DNA of 32,000 bases from NCBI RefSeq assembly GCF_000025685.1, contig NC_013964.1:300001-332000 (forward strand). The letters are read 5' to 3'. This document shows, piece after piece, positions 17,601-24,635 of this stretch. The notes beneath the pieces were generated by a model. That model searched no databases and was not told where the DNA came from. It saw nothing but the letters and a program-made list of their open reading frames with translations. Position numbers and translations under genes: made by a program. The DNA is from Haloferax volcanii DS2 (GTDB lineage: Archaea > Halobacteriota > Halobacteria > Halobacteriales > Haloferacaceae). How positions within the stretch are numbered: the first letter of the stretch is position 1; each line of letters starts with the position of its first letter.

Positions 17601-17768
17601 CTGTCGACGGCCATCGGCGGCATCCTCGCGGACCAGATTAGCGGGAACCGCGGCGACACCGTCGTCGCCCCCGGCGCGTCGTGTCGGACCCAACTGGAGG
17701 ACGTGGACGGCGCGGCCGACGACCCGCCGCACCCGATAGAGAAGGTCTCCGAAGCGGTCGCTGACTGA
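14622..17768 (+). CDS. FAD-binding oxidase fused to Fe-S and CCG cysteine-rich domains (GlcD-GlcF / YdiJ-like 2-hydroxyacid dehydrogenase)
   Basis: 1048-aa ORF starting 6 nt after the preceding stop. FAD_binding_4-type PRGGGTSLAGQA, FAD-oxidase C-terminal domain (SGEHGDGRAR), two ferredoxin-type motifs (CHGCGGCRG...CPTY and CVGCKGCARDCPS), and C-terminal Cys-rich repeats (HGHCHQKA, SGCCGMAGSFG). Confidence 0.9.
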   Translation: MATQERPDDSSDGQRTDPSADPGDDPRADYDYVGGDTDREALVRDLERLVDGDVRFDEYTRQLYATDASAYEVLPVGVVMPTSTADVAAVVEYCADREIPVLPRGGGTSLAGQAVNEAVVLDLSRHMDGVQSVDSEAATATAQAGVTLADLNNSAADHGLTFGPDPAAGDRSVLGGAIGNNSTGAHSLKYGKTDYYVEECEVVLADGSVHRFDEMRVAELREKADPESDAWGSDGPQSPLLPRIYAEVVRVLDEERAEIDARYPDLKRNVSGYNLDALVEEARGERPLADGTGTDPDCGSGTVNLARLLAGSEGSLAVVTEATVSLEPLPETKAVALLTYEDVFDAAADVAPILDHDPAAVELIDDVLIDLALDTAEFHDVAASLPDGTRAALLVEFYADSDADGRRKVADLLTARAPSVTPEATPSSGVGVDDDARAFDALEAHDEAARAGLWEMRKAAAPILLSRTTDEKHISFIEDCAVPADELPGYVERFREVIDDHDANTSFYAHAGPGVLHVRPLVNTKTLDGLDSFETIADEVTDFVVEAGGSVSGEHGDGRARTQWNRKLYGDRLWNAFRDLKTAFDPDWILNPGQVCGDVSMTENLRFDPDYEFDAGFDPELEWDTENGFQGMAELCHGCGGCRGDQSTTGGVMCPTYRATEEEGLSTRGRANMLRQAMSGDLDADATDTEFMREVLDLCVGCKGCARDCPSEVDMAKLKAEVEHAHHQREGASLRDHLFAEVDRLNELGSRLAPLSNWAAKVPGARTVMEKTVGIARERSLPTFHRESLEDWFEARGGARVPEAEATDKVLLFPDSYTNYNHPDAGKAAVRVLEAAGVHVSIPDDVTATGRPAHSKGFLDRSRARAETNVDALAPRVEAGWSVVLVEPSDAVMFQSDYLDLLSSKDAERVAAETYGIMEYLDAKRLVEDLDRDASAGADDETLTYHGHCHQKATRKDHHAVGVLRRAGYDVDPLDSGCCGMAGSFGYEAEHHSLSTAIGGILADQISGNRGDTVVAPGASCRTQLEDVDGAADDPPHPIEKVSEAVAD

Positions 17769-17779
17769 GACGCGCGCCG

Positions 17780-17784
17780 AAAAA
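17780..17784 (-). terminator. Possible oligo-T terminator for the minus-strand M24-GDH transcript
   Basis: The A5 run on the plus strand is T5 on the minus strand (ggttctttttcgg), about 40 nt downstream of the GDH stop. Confidence 0.3.
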
Positions 17785-17825
17785 GAACCGCGAGTCGTGT
17801 CAGCTTTCGCCCGACGCGCAGTCGC

Positions 17826-19133
17826 TCAGGGCCAGAGGCCCCGCGTCTCCTTCGCGCCGCCGATGCGAGAGAGCGCGACGACGTACGCCGCGTCGCGCCA
17901 CGTCAGGTCGCGTTCTTCGACGTGTTCGCGGACCGCGTTCCACGCCTTGAGCATCTCCGATTCGAGTTCCTCGTGGACGCGTTCGAGCGACCACTGGCGG
18001 CGGTTGATGTCCTGTAACCACTCGAAGTACGAGACCGTCACGCCGCCGGCGTTGGCGAGGATGTCGGGAATGACGGGAATCCCGCGCTCTTCGAGGACGG
18101 CGTCGGCCGCGAACGTCGTCGGCCCGTTCGCGCCCTCGACGACCATCTCCGCCGAGATGGAGTCGACGTTCTCGGTCGTGATGACGTTCCCGATGGCCGC
18201 CGGGATGAGCACGTCCACGTCGAGTTCGAGCAGTTCCTCGTTCGAGAGCGACTCGGGGGCGTCGTAGCCCGACACCATGCCGGGGCGCTCGTCGTGGCCC
18301 TCGACGTCCTGCGTGTCGAGGCCGTCGGGGTCGTAGATGGCTCCGTCCACGTCGGAGACGGCGACCACCTTCGCGCCCCACTCGTCGAGGAGGCGGGCGG
18401 CGTTCGCGCCGACCGAACCGAACCCTTGGACCGCGACGGTCGTGTCTTCGATATCCCAGTCGTAGAAGTCAACGGCCTCGCGGGTGACGATGGCGACGGA
18501 GCGACCGGGAGCCTCCTCGCGGCCGTATGACCCGCCGATGACCGGCGGCTTGCCCGTCACGACGCCGGGCGTCGTCTCGCCCTGCTGCATCGAGTAGGCG
18601 TCCATGAACCACGCCATCTCCTGCGGACCGGTTCCCATGTCGGGCGCGGGAACGTCCTTCTTCGGCCCGACGACGTTGCGAATCTCCTCGGCGAAGCGGC
18701 GCGTGAGTCGCTCGCGCTCCTCGTCGGAGAGCGTCTTCGGGTCGACCGCGACGCCGCCCTTGCCGCCGCCGAACGGCAGGTCCATCACGGCGCACTTCCA
18801 GGTCATCCACATCGAGAGGCCGATGCACTCGTCGGCGGTCACTTCCGGGTGGTAGCGAAGTCCGCCCTTGTACGGCCCGCGCACGTCGTCGTGCTGGGCG
18901 CGGAAGCCGGTGAACACGTCGAGCGAGCCGTCGTCGCGGCGGAGCGGGACCGACACCTGCTGGACTCGCGTCGGGTGCTTCAGGCGCGCGACGACGCCGT
19001 CGTCCACGTCGGCGTGACTCGCCGCGCGTTCGAGTTGCCGTCGCGCGGTCGCCAGCGCCGTCTCGGGTTCGGACCCCGAGCCGCCGTCGGTGACCGCCTC
19101 GCCGTTTCGATTTTTGCCATCTTCGTTCATCAT
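17826..19133 (-). CDS. gdhA: Glutamate dehydrogenase (Glu/Leu/Phe/Val dehydrogenase family)
   Basis: C-terminal 435 codons of track ORF 17826..20507. [23 protein letters not shown] and [12 protein letters not shown] (NAD(P) fold), with close overall resemblance to haloarchaeal GDH. Start ATG at 19133 (MMNEDG...); the alternative ATG at 19157 lies 2 nt after the upstream stop. Confidence 0.92.
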   Translation of the reverse strand: MMNEDGKNRNGEAVTDGGSGSEPETALATARRQLERAASHADVDDGVVARLKHPTRVQQVSVPLRRDDGSLDVFTGFRAQHDDVRGPYKGGLRYHPEVTADECIGLSMWMTWKCAVMDLPFGGGKGGVAVDPKTLSDEERERLTRRFAEEIRNVVGPKKDVPAPDMGTGPQEMAWFMDAYSMQQGETTPGVVTGKPPVIGGSYGREEAPGRSVAIVTREAVDFYDWDIEDTTVAVQGFGSVGANAARLLDEWGAKVVAVSDVDGAIYDPDGLDTQDVEGHDERPGMVSGYDAPESLSNEELLELDVDVLIPAAIGNVITTENVDSISAEMVVEGANGPTTFAADAVLEERGIPVIPDILANAGGVTVSYFEWLQDINRRQWSLERVHEELESEMLKAWNAVREHVEERDLTWRDAAYVVALSRIGGAKETRGLWP

Positions 19134-19159
19134 ATTAGGGCTGTGACCCGGAGTCATAA

Positions 19160-20338
19160 TTAAGTTGTGAATAGCCGGCGGGGGAAGTCGGCCAGCGGTT
19201 CCGCCCCGTCGGACGTGACGACGAACGTCTCGCTGAGTTCGACGCCGAAGTCGTCGAACCAGAGACCGGGGATGGTGTGGAACGTCATGTTCTCTTCGAG
19301 GACGGTCTCGTCGCCGGGGCGGAGGCTCGCCGTGTGTTCGCCCCAGTCCGGGGGGTAGCCCAGCCCCATCGAGTAGCCGATGCGGTCTTTCTTCTCGATG
19401 CCGTACTGAGCGATGGTGTCGCGCCACGCCTTCTCGACGGCCTCGCAGGTCACGCCGGGTGCGACCGCGTCGAGGGCGGCTTCCATCCCCTCGACGACGA
19501 TGTCGGCCCGCCGGGACAGCTCTTCGGGCGGGTCGCCGACGAACGTCGTCCGTGCGAGCGGCGAGTGGTAGCGGTGGCGACAGCCCGAGAGTTCGATGAT
19601 GACCGGGTCGCCGTCCTCGAACTCGCGGTCGGTCCACGTGAGGTGCGGCGTGCCGGTGTGGTCGCCAGAGGGCATCAGCGGGACGATAGACGGGTAGTCG
19701 CCGCCGTAGTCGTCGGTTCCCTCGATGAGCACCGAGTAGATTGCCTCGGCGGCCTCGTACTCGGGGACGCCCGCCTCGATGACGTCGAGGCCGGCCTGCA
19801 TCGCGTTCTCGGAGATGCGGGCGGCCTCGCGCATGTAGTCGAGTTCGGCGTCGGACTTCTTGATGCGCACGCGGTTCACGAGGAGCGTCGTGTCCTCGAA
19901 GCTCGCCTCGGCGAGATTCTTTTGCAGGCGCGTGTACGACTTCGCGGTGAAGTAGTAGGCGTCCATTTCGAGGCCGACGCGAGCGTCGTCGACGCCGAGG
20001 TCCTCCAGCACGGCCGCGACGAAGTCCATCGGGTGGAGGTCGTGCGGCGACTGGACGTGGTCGTCGCTGTACGGCCGGATGCTCTCCTCGCTCAGCGTGG
20101 TCGTCGCGCGCGCGCCGTTGGCGTCCATGTCGCGGCCGACCCACACGGGTTCGTCGCGGTCCCGCGTGACCACGACGCCCTGATGGACGTAAAACGACCA
20201 GCCGTCGTAGCCGGTGAGATAGTTCATGTTCGCGGGGTCGCTCACGAAGAGCGCGTCCAGTCCCCGCTCGGCCATCCGCTCTTTGGTCCGGGCGATGCGT
20301 CTGTCGTACTCGGCGCTGTCGAATACGGCTCTTGGCAT
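19160..20338 (-). CDS. M24 family hydrolase with creatinase/prolidase N-terminal domain (creatinase / ectoine hydrolase DoeA-EutD-like)
   Basis: Track ORF 19160..20398. The ATG at 20338 ([22 protein letters not shown]...) is preferred because a strong AT-rich box at 20372-20385 would otherwise lie inside the CDS. N-domain [24 protein letters not shown]. In the pita-bread C-domain the canonical peptidase HGxGHxxGxxxHE block reads [16 protein letters not shown], which suggests a non-peptidase subfamily. Confidence 0.85.
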   Translation of the reverse strand: MPRAVFDSAEYDRRIARTKERMAERGLDALFVSDPANMNYLTGYDGWSFYVHQGVVVTRDRDEPVWVGRDMDANGARATTTLSEESIRPYSDDHVQSPHDLHPMDFVAAVLEDLGVDDARVGLEMDAYYFTAKSYTRLQKNLAEASFEDTTLLVNRVRIKKSDAELDYMREAARISENAMQAGLDVIEAGVPEYEAAEAIYSVLIEGTDDYGGDYPSIVPLMPSGDHTGTPHLTWTDREFEDGDPVIIELSGCRHRYHSPLARTTFVGDPPEELSRRADIVVEGMEAALDAVAPGVTCEAVEKAWRDTIAQYGIEKKDRIGYSMGLGYPPDWGEHTASLRPGDETVLEENMTFHTIPGLWFDDFGVELSETFVVTSDGAEPLADFPRRLFTT

Positions 20339-20371
20339 GGGAACTTCTATCGAACCATCGAATAGGGCCCG

Positions 20372-20385
20372 TAAAAATTTTTTGT
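20372..20385 (-). promoter_or_regulatory. Putative TATA box for the M24-GDH operon
   Basis: Minus-strand cacaaaaaatttttac, an AT-rich block about 35-45 nt upstream of ATG 20338. Confidence 0.4.
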
Positions 20386-20397
20386 GGACCACGGTCA

Positions 20398-20412
20398 CGG
20401 ATACTGTGTACG
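20398..20412 (+). promoter_or_regulatory. 15-nt motif cggatactgtgtacg, copy 2 (identical to 4626-4640); candidate shared operator
   Basis: Exact repeat, 13 nt from the AT-rich box of the M24-GDH promoter, in the 345-nt divergent region shared with the LLM oxidoreductase gene. Confidence 0.35.
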
Positions 20413-20683
20413 CTAACGCCGCGGTGGCAGTTAGTATTGTATATTATCCACATGACTATATCCGATGCAGAGGGCCACAGGTACCGGTCGTGTCTCATTA
20501 CAGCCACATTAAGCCTCCAGAAATTTAAATTACCTAAACTATGTGACTAATATAGATAATCTAGATTATTTCACCAATCTATTGTGTTCCACAGATACAA
20601 TTCTAACTGCCACCGGCTCACCGAGAACAGTACGCATCTGCTGGGAGCCCAATCGTTATTCCTCGCAGTCTCGGAGCGGGGGT

Positions 20684-21706
20684 ATGGACTTCTCTATCGT
20701 CGACCTCTCGCCGGTTCCAAAAGGTGGGACCGCGACCGACGCGTACGCGAACACCGTCGAAACCGCCAAGCAAGCCGAGCGACTGGGTTACTCGCGCTTC
20801 TGGGTCGCCGAGCACCACGGCATGGCGAACACCCTCGCGGGGACGACGCCCGAGGTGTTGCTCGGCCACCTCGCCGCCGAGACGGACTCGATTCGGCTCG
20901 GTTCCGGCGCGGTGTTGCTCAACCATTACAGCCCGTTCAAGGTCGCAGAACAGTTCGGCGCGCTCGACGGACTCGCGCCCGGCCGCATCGACGCGGGACT
21001 CGGGCGGGCGAACGGGTCGCCGGCGGCGGACCAGGCGCTCGGGACGGACCGGCACGTCGAGGACCCCGACGGCGACCACGCGGAGAAAATCGAGGCCGTC
21101 GTCAACCACCTCTACGACGACTACCCCGACGAACACCCCTACGCCGACCTCGAAATCCCGCGGGGCGACGGCGACCTGCCGGTTCCGTGGGTGCTCGGGT
21201 CGAGTCCGTCGAGCGCGACCATCGCGGGCGAACTCGGACTCCCCTACTGCTTCGCGGGCTTCATCAGACCCCAGTTCGCCGTCCACTCCTTCGAGGAGTA
21301 CCGCGAGAGCTTCCAGTCGTCGTCGCTCGACGGCGGCATCGACGAACCACACGGCATGGTCGCGGTGAACGCCGTCTGCGCCGAGACCGACGAGGAGGCC
21401 GCGCGACTCCGCGCGGTGGCCGAGGCGTCGTACAAGCGGATGCGCCGCGGCGAGGTCGGCACGCGACCGACCGTCGAGGAGGCGATAGACGAACTCGGCG
21501 GCGTCCCCGAGCCCACGCCGGCGACCCTCGGAGCGAAGGAGTGGCCGCGCGCGATTTCCGGCAGTCCCGACACGATTTCGGGGCTGTTGGACCAGCTCGC
21601 GGAGCGCGTCGGGGCCGACGAGATGATGATTCAACACGTCGTCGGCAATCACGAAGACGGCCTCCGCTCGCACGAGCTGCTCGCAGAGGGCGTCGACCTC
21701 GTCTGA
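20684..21706 (+). CDS. LLM-class (luciferase-like) flavin-dependent oxidoreductase
   Basis: Track ORF 20543..21706; the ATG at 20684 (MDFSIVDLSPVPKGG...) is preferred. ERLGYSRFWVAEHHG, LGSGAVLLNHYSPFKVAEQF and GRIDAGLGRA are typical of the family. Confidence 0.88.
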   Translation: MDFSIVDLSPVPKGGTATDAYANTVETAKQAERLGYSRFWVAEHHGMANTLAGTTPEVLLGHLAAETDSIRLGSGAVLLNHYSPFKVAEQFGALDGLAPGRIDAGLGRANGSPAADQALGTDRHVEDPDGDHAEKIEAVVNHLYDDYPDEHPYADLEIPRGDGDLPVPWVLGSSPSSATIAGELGLPYCFAGFIRPQFAVHSFEEYRESFQSSSLDGGIDEPHGMVAVNAVCAETDEEAARLRAVAEASYKRMRRGEVGTRPTVEEAIDELGGVPEPTPATLGAKEWPRAISGSPDTISGLLDQLAERVGADEMMIQHVVGNHEDGLRSHELLAEGVDLV

Positions 21707-21762
21707 CGCGCCGGTCTCCGAGACAGTCCGTCTCCCGGTCGATTCATATCCCAGTCCCCGAA

Positions 21763-22128
21763 ATGAGAGGTGTGTCACGCCTACGTCATCTCCGGCTCGA
21801 AGACACGCCGTTCGAGGCCAGAGAGTTCTCGCTGCTCTGGCTCATCGCGCTGGCGACCTACGGCGTCGGCGACATCGTCACGACGCTGACGATTCTCTAC
21901 TACGAGCGCCGGTTCGACGAGGCGAACGCCCTCCTCGTGGCGAGCACGGACGCTCTCGGACGGTGGGGGCTGGTCCTCCCGAAGCTCGCGGTGTTCCTCC
22001 TCTGTCTCGGTATCTGCGTCTACGGCGCTCGCGCCGGCGACAAGGTGCTGTACTACCTGCCGCCGGTCACGCTCGCCGTCATCGGGGCGTTCGCCACGGC
22101 GTTCAACCTCCGGCTCTTCGTCGGCTGA
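21763..22128 (+). CDS. Small integral membrane protein (about 4 TM, 121 aa), function unknown
   Basis: Tail of track ORF 20584..22128, starting at ATG 21763. Hydrophobic segments LLWLIALATYGVGDIVTTLTILYY, WGLVLPKLAVFLLCLGICVYG and PPVTLAVIGAFATAFNL. G/C third-position bias. Confidence 0.65.
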   Translation: MRGVSRLRHLRLEDTPFEAREFSLLWLIALATYGVGDIVTTLTILYYERRFDEANALLVASTDALGRWGLVLPKLAVFLLCLGICVYGARAGDKVLYYLPPVTLAVIGAFATAFNLRLFVG

Positions 22129-22162
22129 GCGGCGAACGACGGAAAAACGAGGCGCGAACGGC

Positions 22163-24436
22163 TCAGCCGGTCGCCTGTTCGAGCGCGAAGACGAACTCCA
22201 CGTCGACGCTGTCGGTCTGTATCTCGTTGCCTGCCGCCTCCCGAATCTGCCACTCGACGACGAGCGACAGGGACTCCCCGCCATCGAGTCGGCCGAGCGA
22301 GACGGATTCGTTCCACACGTCGGCGAAGTCGAGATACGTCGTCTCATTTCCGAGCACGTAGGAACTCGTCCCGTTGGCCCGCTCGACGCGGAGTCTGACG
22401 GCGAGCGCCTCGTGGAGTTCGCCCTCGTCGGCTCCGCCGGTCGAATCGACCGCTAACTCGGGGCCGGAGCGACCGTTTTCGGCGGACTCGAACGGCATCG
22501 ACTCCAGCGTCAACACGCCAGGGTCGCGCCCGCGGTTGGTGAGCGTCCCCGTCGAGTTGCCCGCGGAGCCGGGTGCGACCGACTGGGTGTCGAGAAGCGA
22601 GACGCCCGCCCCGCCGGAGCCGAGTTCGAGGTCGACGCCCGCCGGGGCGCTCCCGGCGGTGTTCTCGACGGTCACGTCGAACGACGCCGTCTCCTCGGTT
22701 CGGGCGACCTCGGTCGAGTCGCGGAAGAACACCGCGGTCACGGAGACGTAGCCCGTCGTGACAGTCGTCTCGCCGTCGTCGGTGGCGGCGAAGCCGGCGG
22801 TTCGGTTCCCCTCGGCGTACGTCACGTCGGAGCCGAGTGCGGTGGCGATGTCCACGGGACTCGACTCCCGGAGCGTGACGCGCCGCTCTTCCTGCCAGCC
22901 GTCGTCGGGGACCCACGCGTTCACCACGAGCACGACGCTGTCGACCGTGCCGGTCCACGAGAGCGTCCCGGTCACGGGGCCGCTGAGCGTCCCGACCGTC
23001 CCGTCGACGCTGCGGACCGTCGCCGGGTCCGCGGCCTCGACCGTGAGCGTCGGGTCGGGCGACACCGACGATTCGGCCGTCGTCGTCGTTTGACTGTCTC
23101 CGGAGCCACCACCTCCACCGCCACCGCCACTGCCACCGCCACCGCTACCGCCACCGCCGCCTCCAACGCCACCGCCAGTTCCAGCGCGTGCCGTGGTGGT
23201 CGGGGGTGGACTGCTCGTCGGCGCGGGCGTTGGCGTGGGCGACGACGGGGGCGGGTTCGGCGTTGTGGTCGCGCTCGGCGTCGACGCGGGTGTCGGGGTG
23301 TCCGGGTCTTCGAACTGGTTCGTTTCCTCCGGTGGGGCGTCCGGCGTCGGCGGCGGCGGGGGAGTCACGGTGACGGTCGGCGGCGACGGCTCGGGGTCGT
23401 CGCCACGGAGGTCCGAGAGCACGCCGTTGATACCGCGGTCGTCGAGGAAGCGTTCGATGCTTCCGGGAGCGGCAAAGCCGGTTCCGACCAGCACGATGCC
23501 GATGACGACGAAGACCATAAACACCCGGCCGACGACCTGCGAGAACTGCGGCGAGAGCGTGCCGAAAAGTTTCGCCGGCAAGAGCGAGGCGAGCGACAGC
23601 GGAAGCGGGAACAGGCTCGCACGCGGCGGGCGGTACTCGACCACCAGCGCCGTCTCGGTCGGCCGGTCGCCGGGTTCGACTTCGTCGCCGACGTCGACCG
23701 GACGCGTCTCGGTTCGCGGCCCGTCACCCTCGTCGGAAGAGGACCGCTCGCGCTCGCGTTCGACGAGCGTGGCGTCACCGTCGACGCCGACGAACGACGC
23801 CGACGACGGGTCCCAACGCCGGACCGCCCGGACGACGCCGTGGACGGGGAGGCGCTCGCCGGGGAGACAGAGGACGCGGTCGCCCCGCGAGAGACGGTCG
23901 AAGTCGACCTCCTCGAAGCACTCGGCGTCGTCGTCGCGGTCGGCCGCCGACGCGTCGACGAGGCGGCGACACCGCGTCGCCGTTCGCCGCGACCACGTCG
24001 GCGAGGGTGGCCGAGCCGCCGAAGCGGTCGTCGAGCACGTCGAGGCTCCCGACTTCGAACGTCGTCACGTCGAGGACGCCCGCGAGGTCCGCCACCGAGG
24101 CGTCCGCGTCGCCGTCGTCGCCGGCCGTGGCGTCGCTGTCGTTTTCGGTCAGCGTGAGGTCGATGTCGAGACTGCCGTCGAGCGACCCGTCGTTTTCGAG
24201 GTCGACTTCGAAAGTGTCGGTCTCGTCGCCGGGCGCGAGACCCGTGGCGCTGAAACTCGCGGAACTGGCTCCGTCGGCGAGGCTCAGCGTCCCCGCCTGA
24301 AGCGTGTTCTCGGTGCTCGATTCGTGTCGTTAAAGAGGGCGAACGTGCCCACGCCGGCGGCGGCGCTTCCCGCACCAATCGTGAGGAGCCCCCCGAGGGC
24401 GCGGCGTCGCGTGAGTTTGAATACTTTGTCTGCCAT
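22163..24436 (-). pseudogene. Secreted TasA/camelysin-like surface protein gene split over three reading-frame segments (frameshifted; about 757 codons if repaired)
   Basis: Segment A (24436 to about 24324): MADKVFKLTRRRALGGLLTIGAGSAAAGVGTFALFNDT, a SipW-cognate/Tat-like signal peptide, then TGA at 24284. Segment B (-1 frame, about 24323 to 23965): ESSTENTLQAGTLSLADG...LAPGDETDTFEVDLENDGSLDGSLDIDLTLTEND...ATLADVVAANGDAV. Segment C (back in the frame of A, about 23965 to 22163) has no start codon before GTG 23644. It holds a TM helix, a P/T-rich linker, a Gly/Ser tract and a C-terminal TasA-like beta domain ending ...GNEIQTDSVDVEFVFALEQATG. All three segments show strong G/C third-position bias in their own frame. 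Confidence 0.7.
23099..23182 (-). repeat. Low-complexity (GGY/AGY)n coding repeat encoding a Gly/Ser tract
   Basis: Plus strand reads (gcc acc)n-like ccaccacctccaccgccaccgccactgccaccgccaccgctaccgccaccgccgcctcc. It encodes GTGGGVGGGGGGSGGGGSGGGGGGGGSG. A P/T-rich tract follows on the N-terminal side (23183-23398). Confidence 0.9.
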
Positions 24437-24635
24437 TGAGTTCTCCGTGCGGCCCACCGTACACCCACTCCCGTCCGTGATATTCTGGGTGGGGTGACCT
24501 TCAGATATCTCGACTCGATTACGTGGGAATAATGGGACACCACCATTATGCGGTATCCGGCAAAAACCGAGCGGCGTGATAGCGCTCGGCACGGGAGCGC
24601 GGAGGAACCGACGAACGCGTATCGGAGCGGTCGGT

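Noticed and set aside
19134-20507. Upstream 450 codons of the 893-aa track ORF 17826..20507
   Set aside because: This part is an off-frame read-through of the M24 gene (R/P/G-rich, non-acidic). The genuine GDH starts at 19133 or 19157, and the M24 gene occupies the 19160..20338 frame.
20584-21762. N-terminal 393 codons of the 514-aa ORF 20584..22128 and the minus ORF 20618..21778
   Set aside because: Off-frame or antisense to the LLM oxidoreductase and Arg-rich. Only the tail from ATG 21763 (a membrane protein) looks coding.
23099-23182. Possibility that the GGGGSGGGGSGGGG tract marks an engineered (G4S)n linker
   Set aside because: The tract is irregular (GTGGGVGGGGGGSGGGGSGGGGGGGGSG) and embedded in a native-looking P/T-rich stalk. 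It uses the local codon bias, and no vector-like sequence flanks it. Natural low complexity is the simpler explanation.
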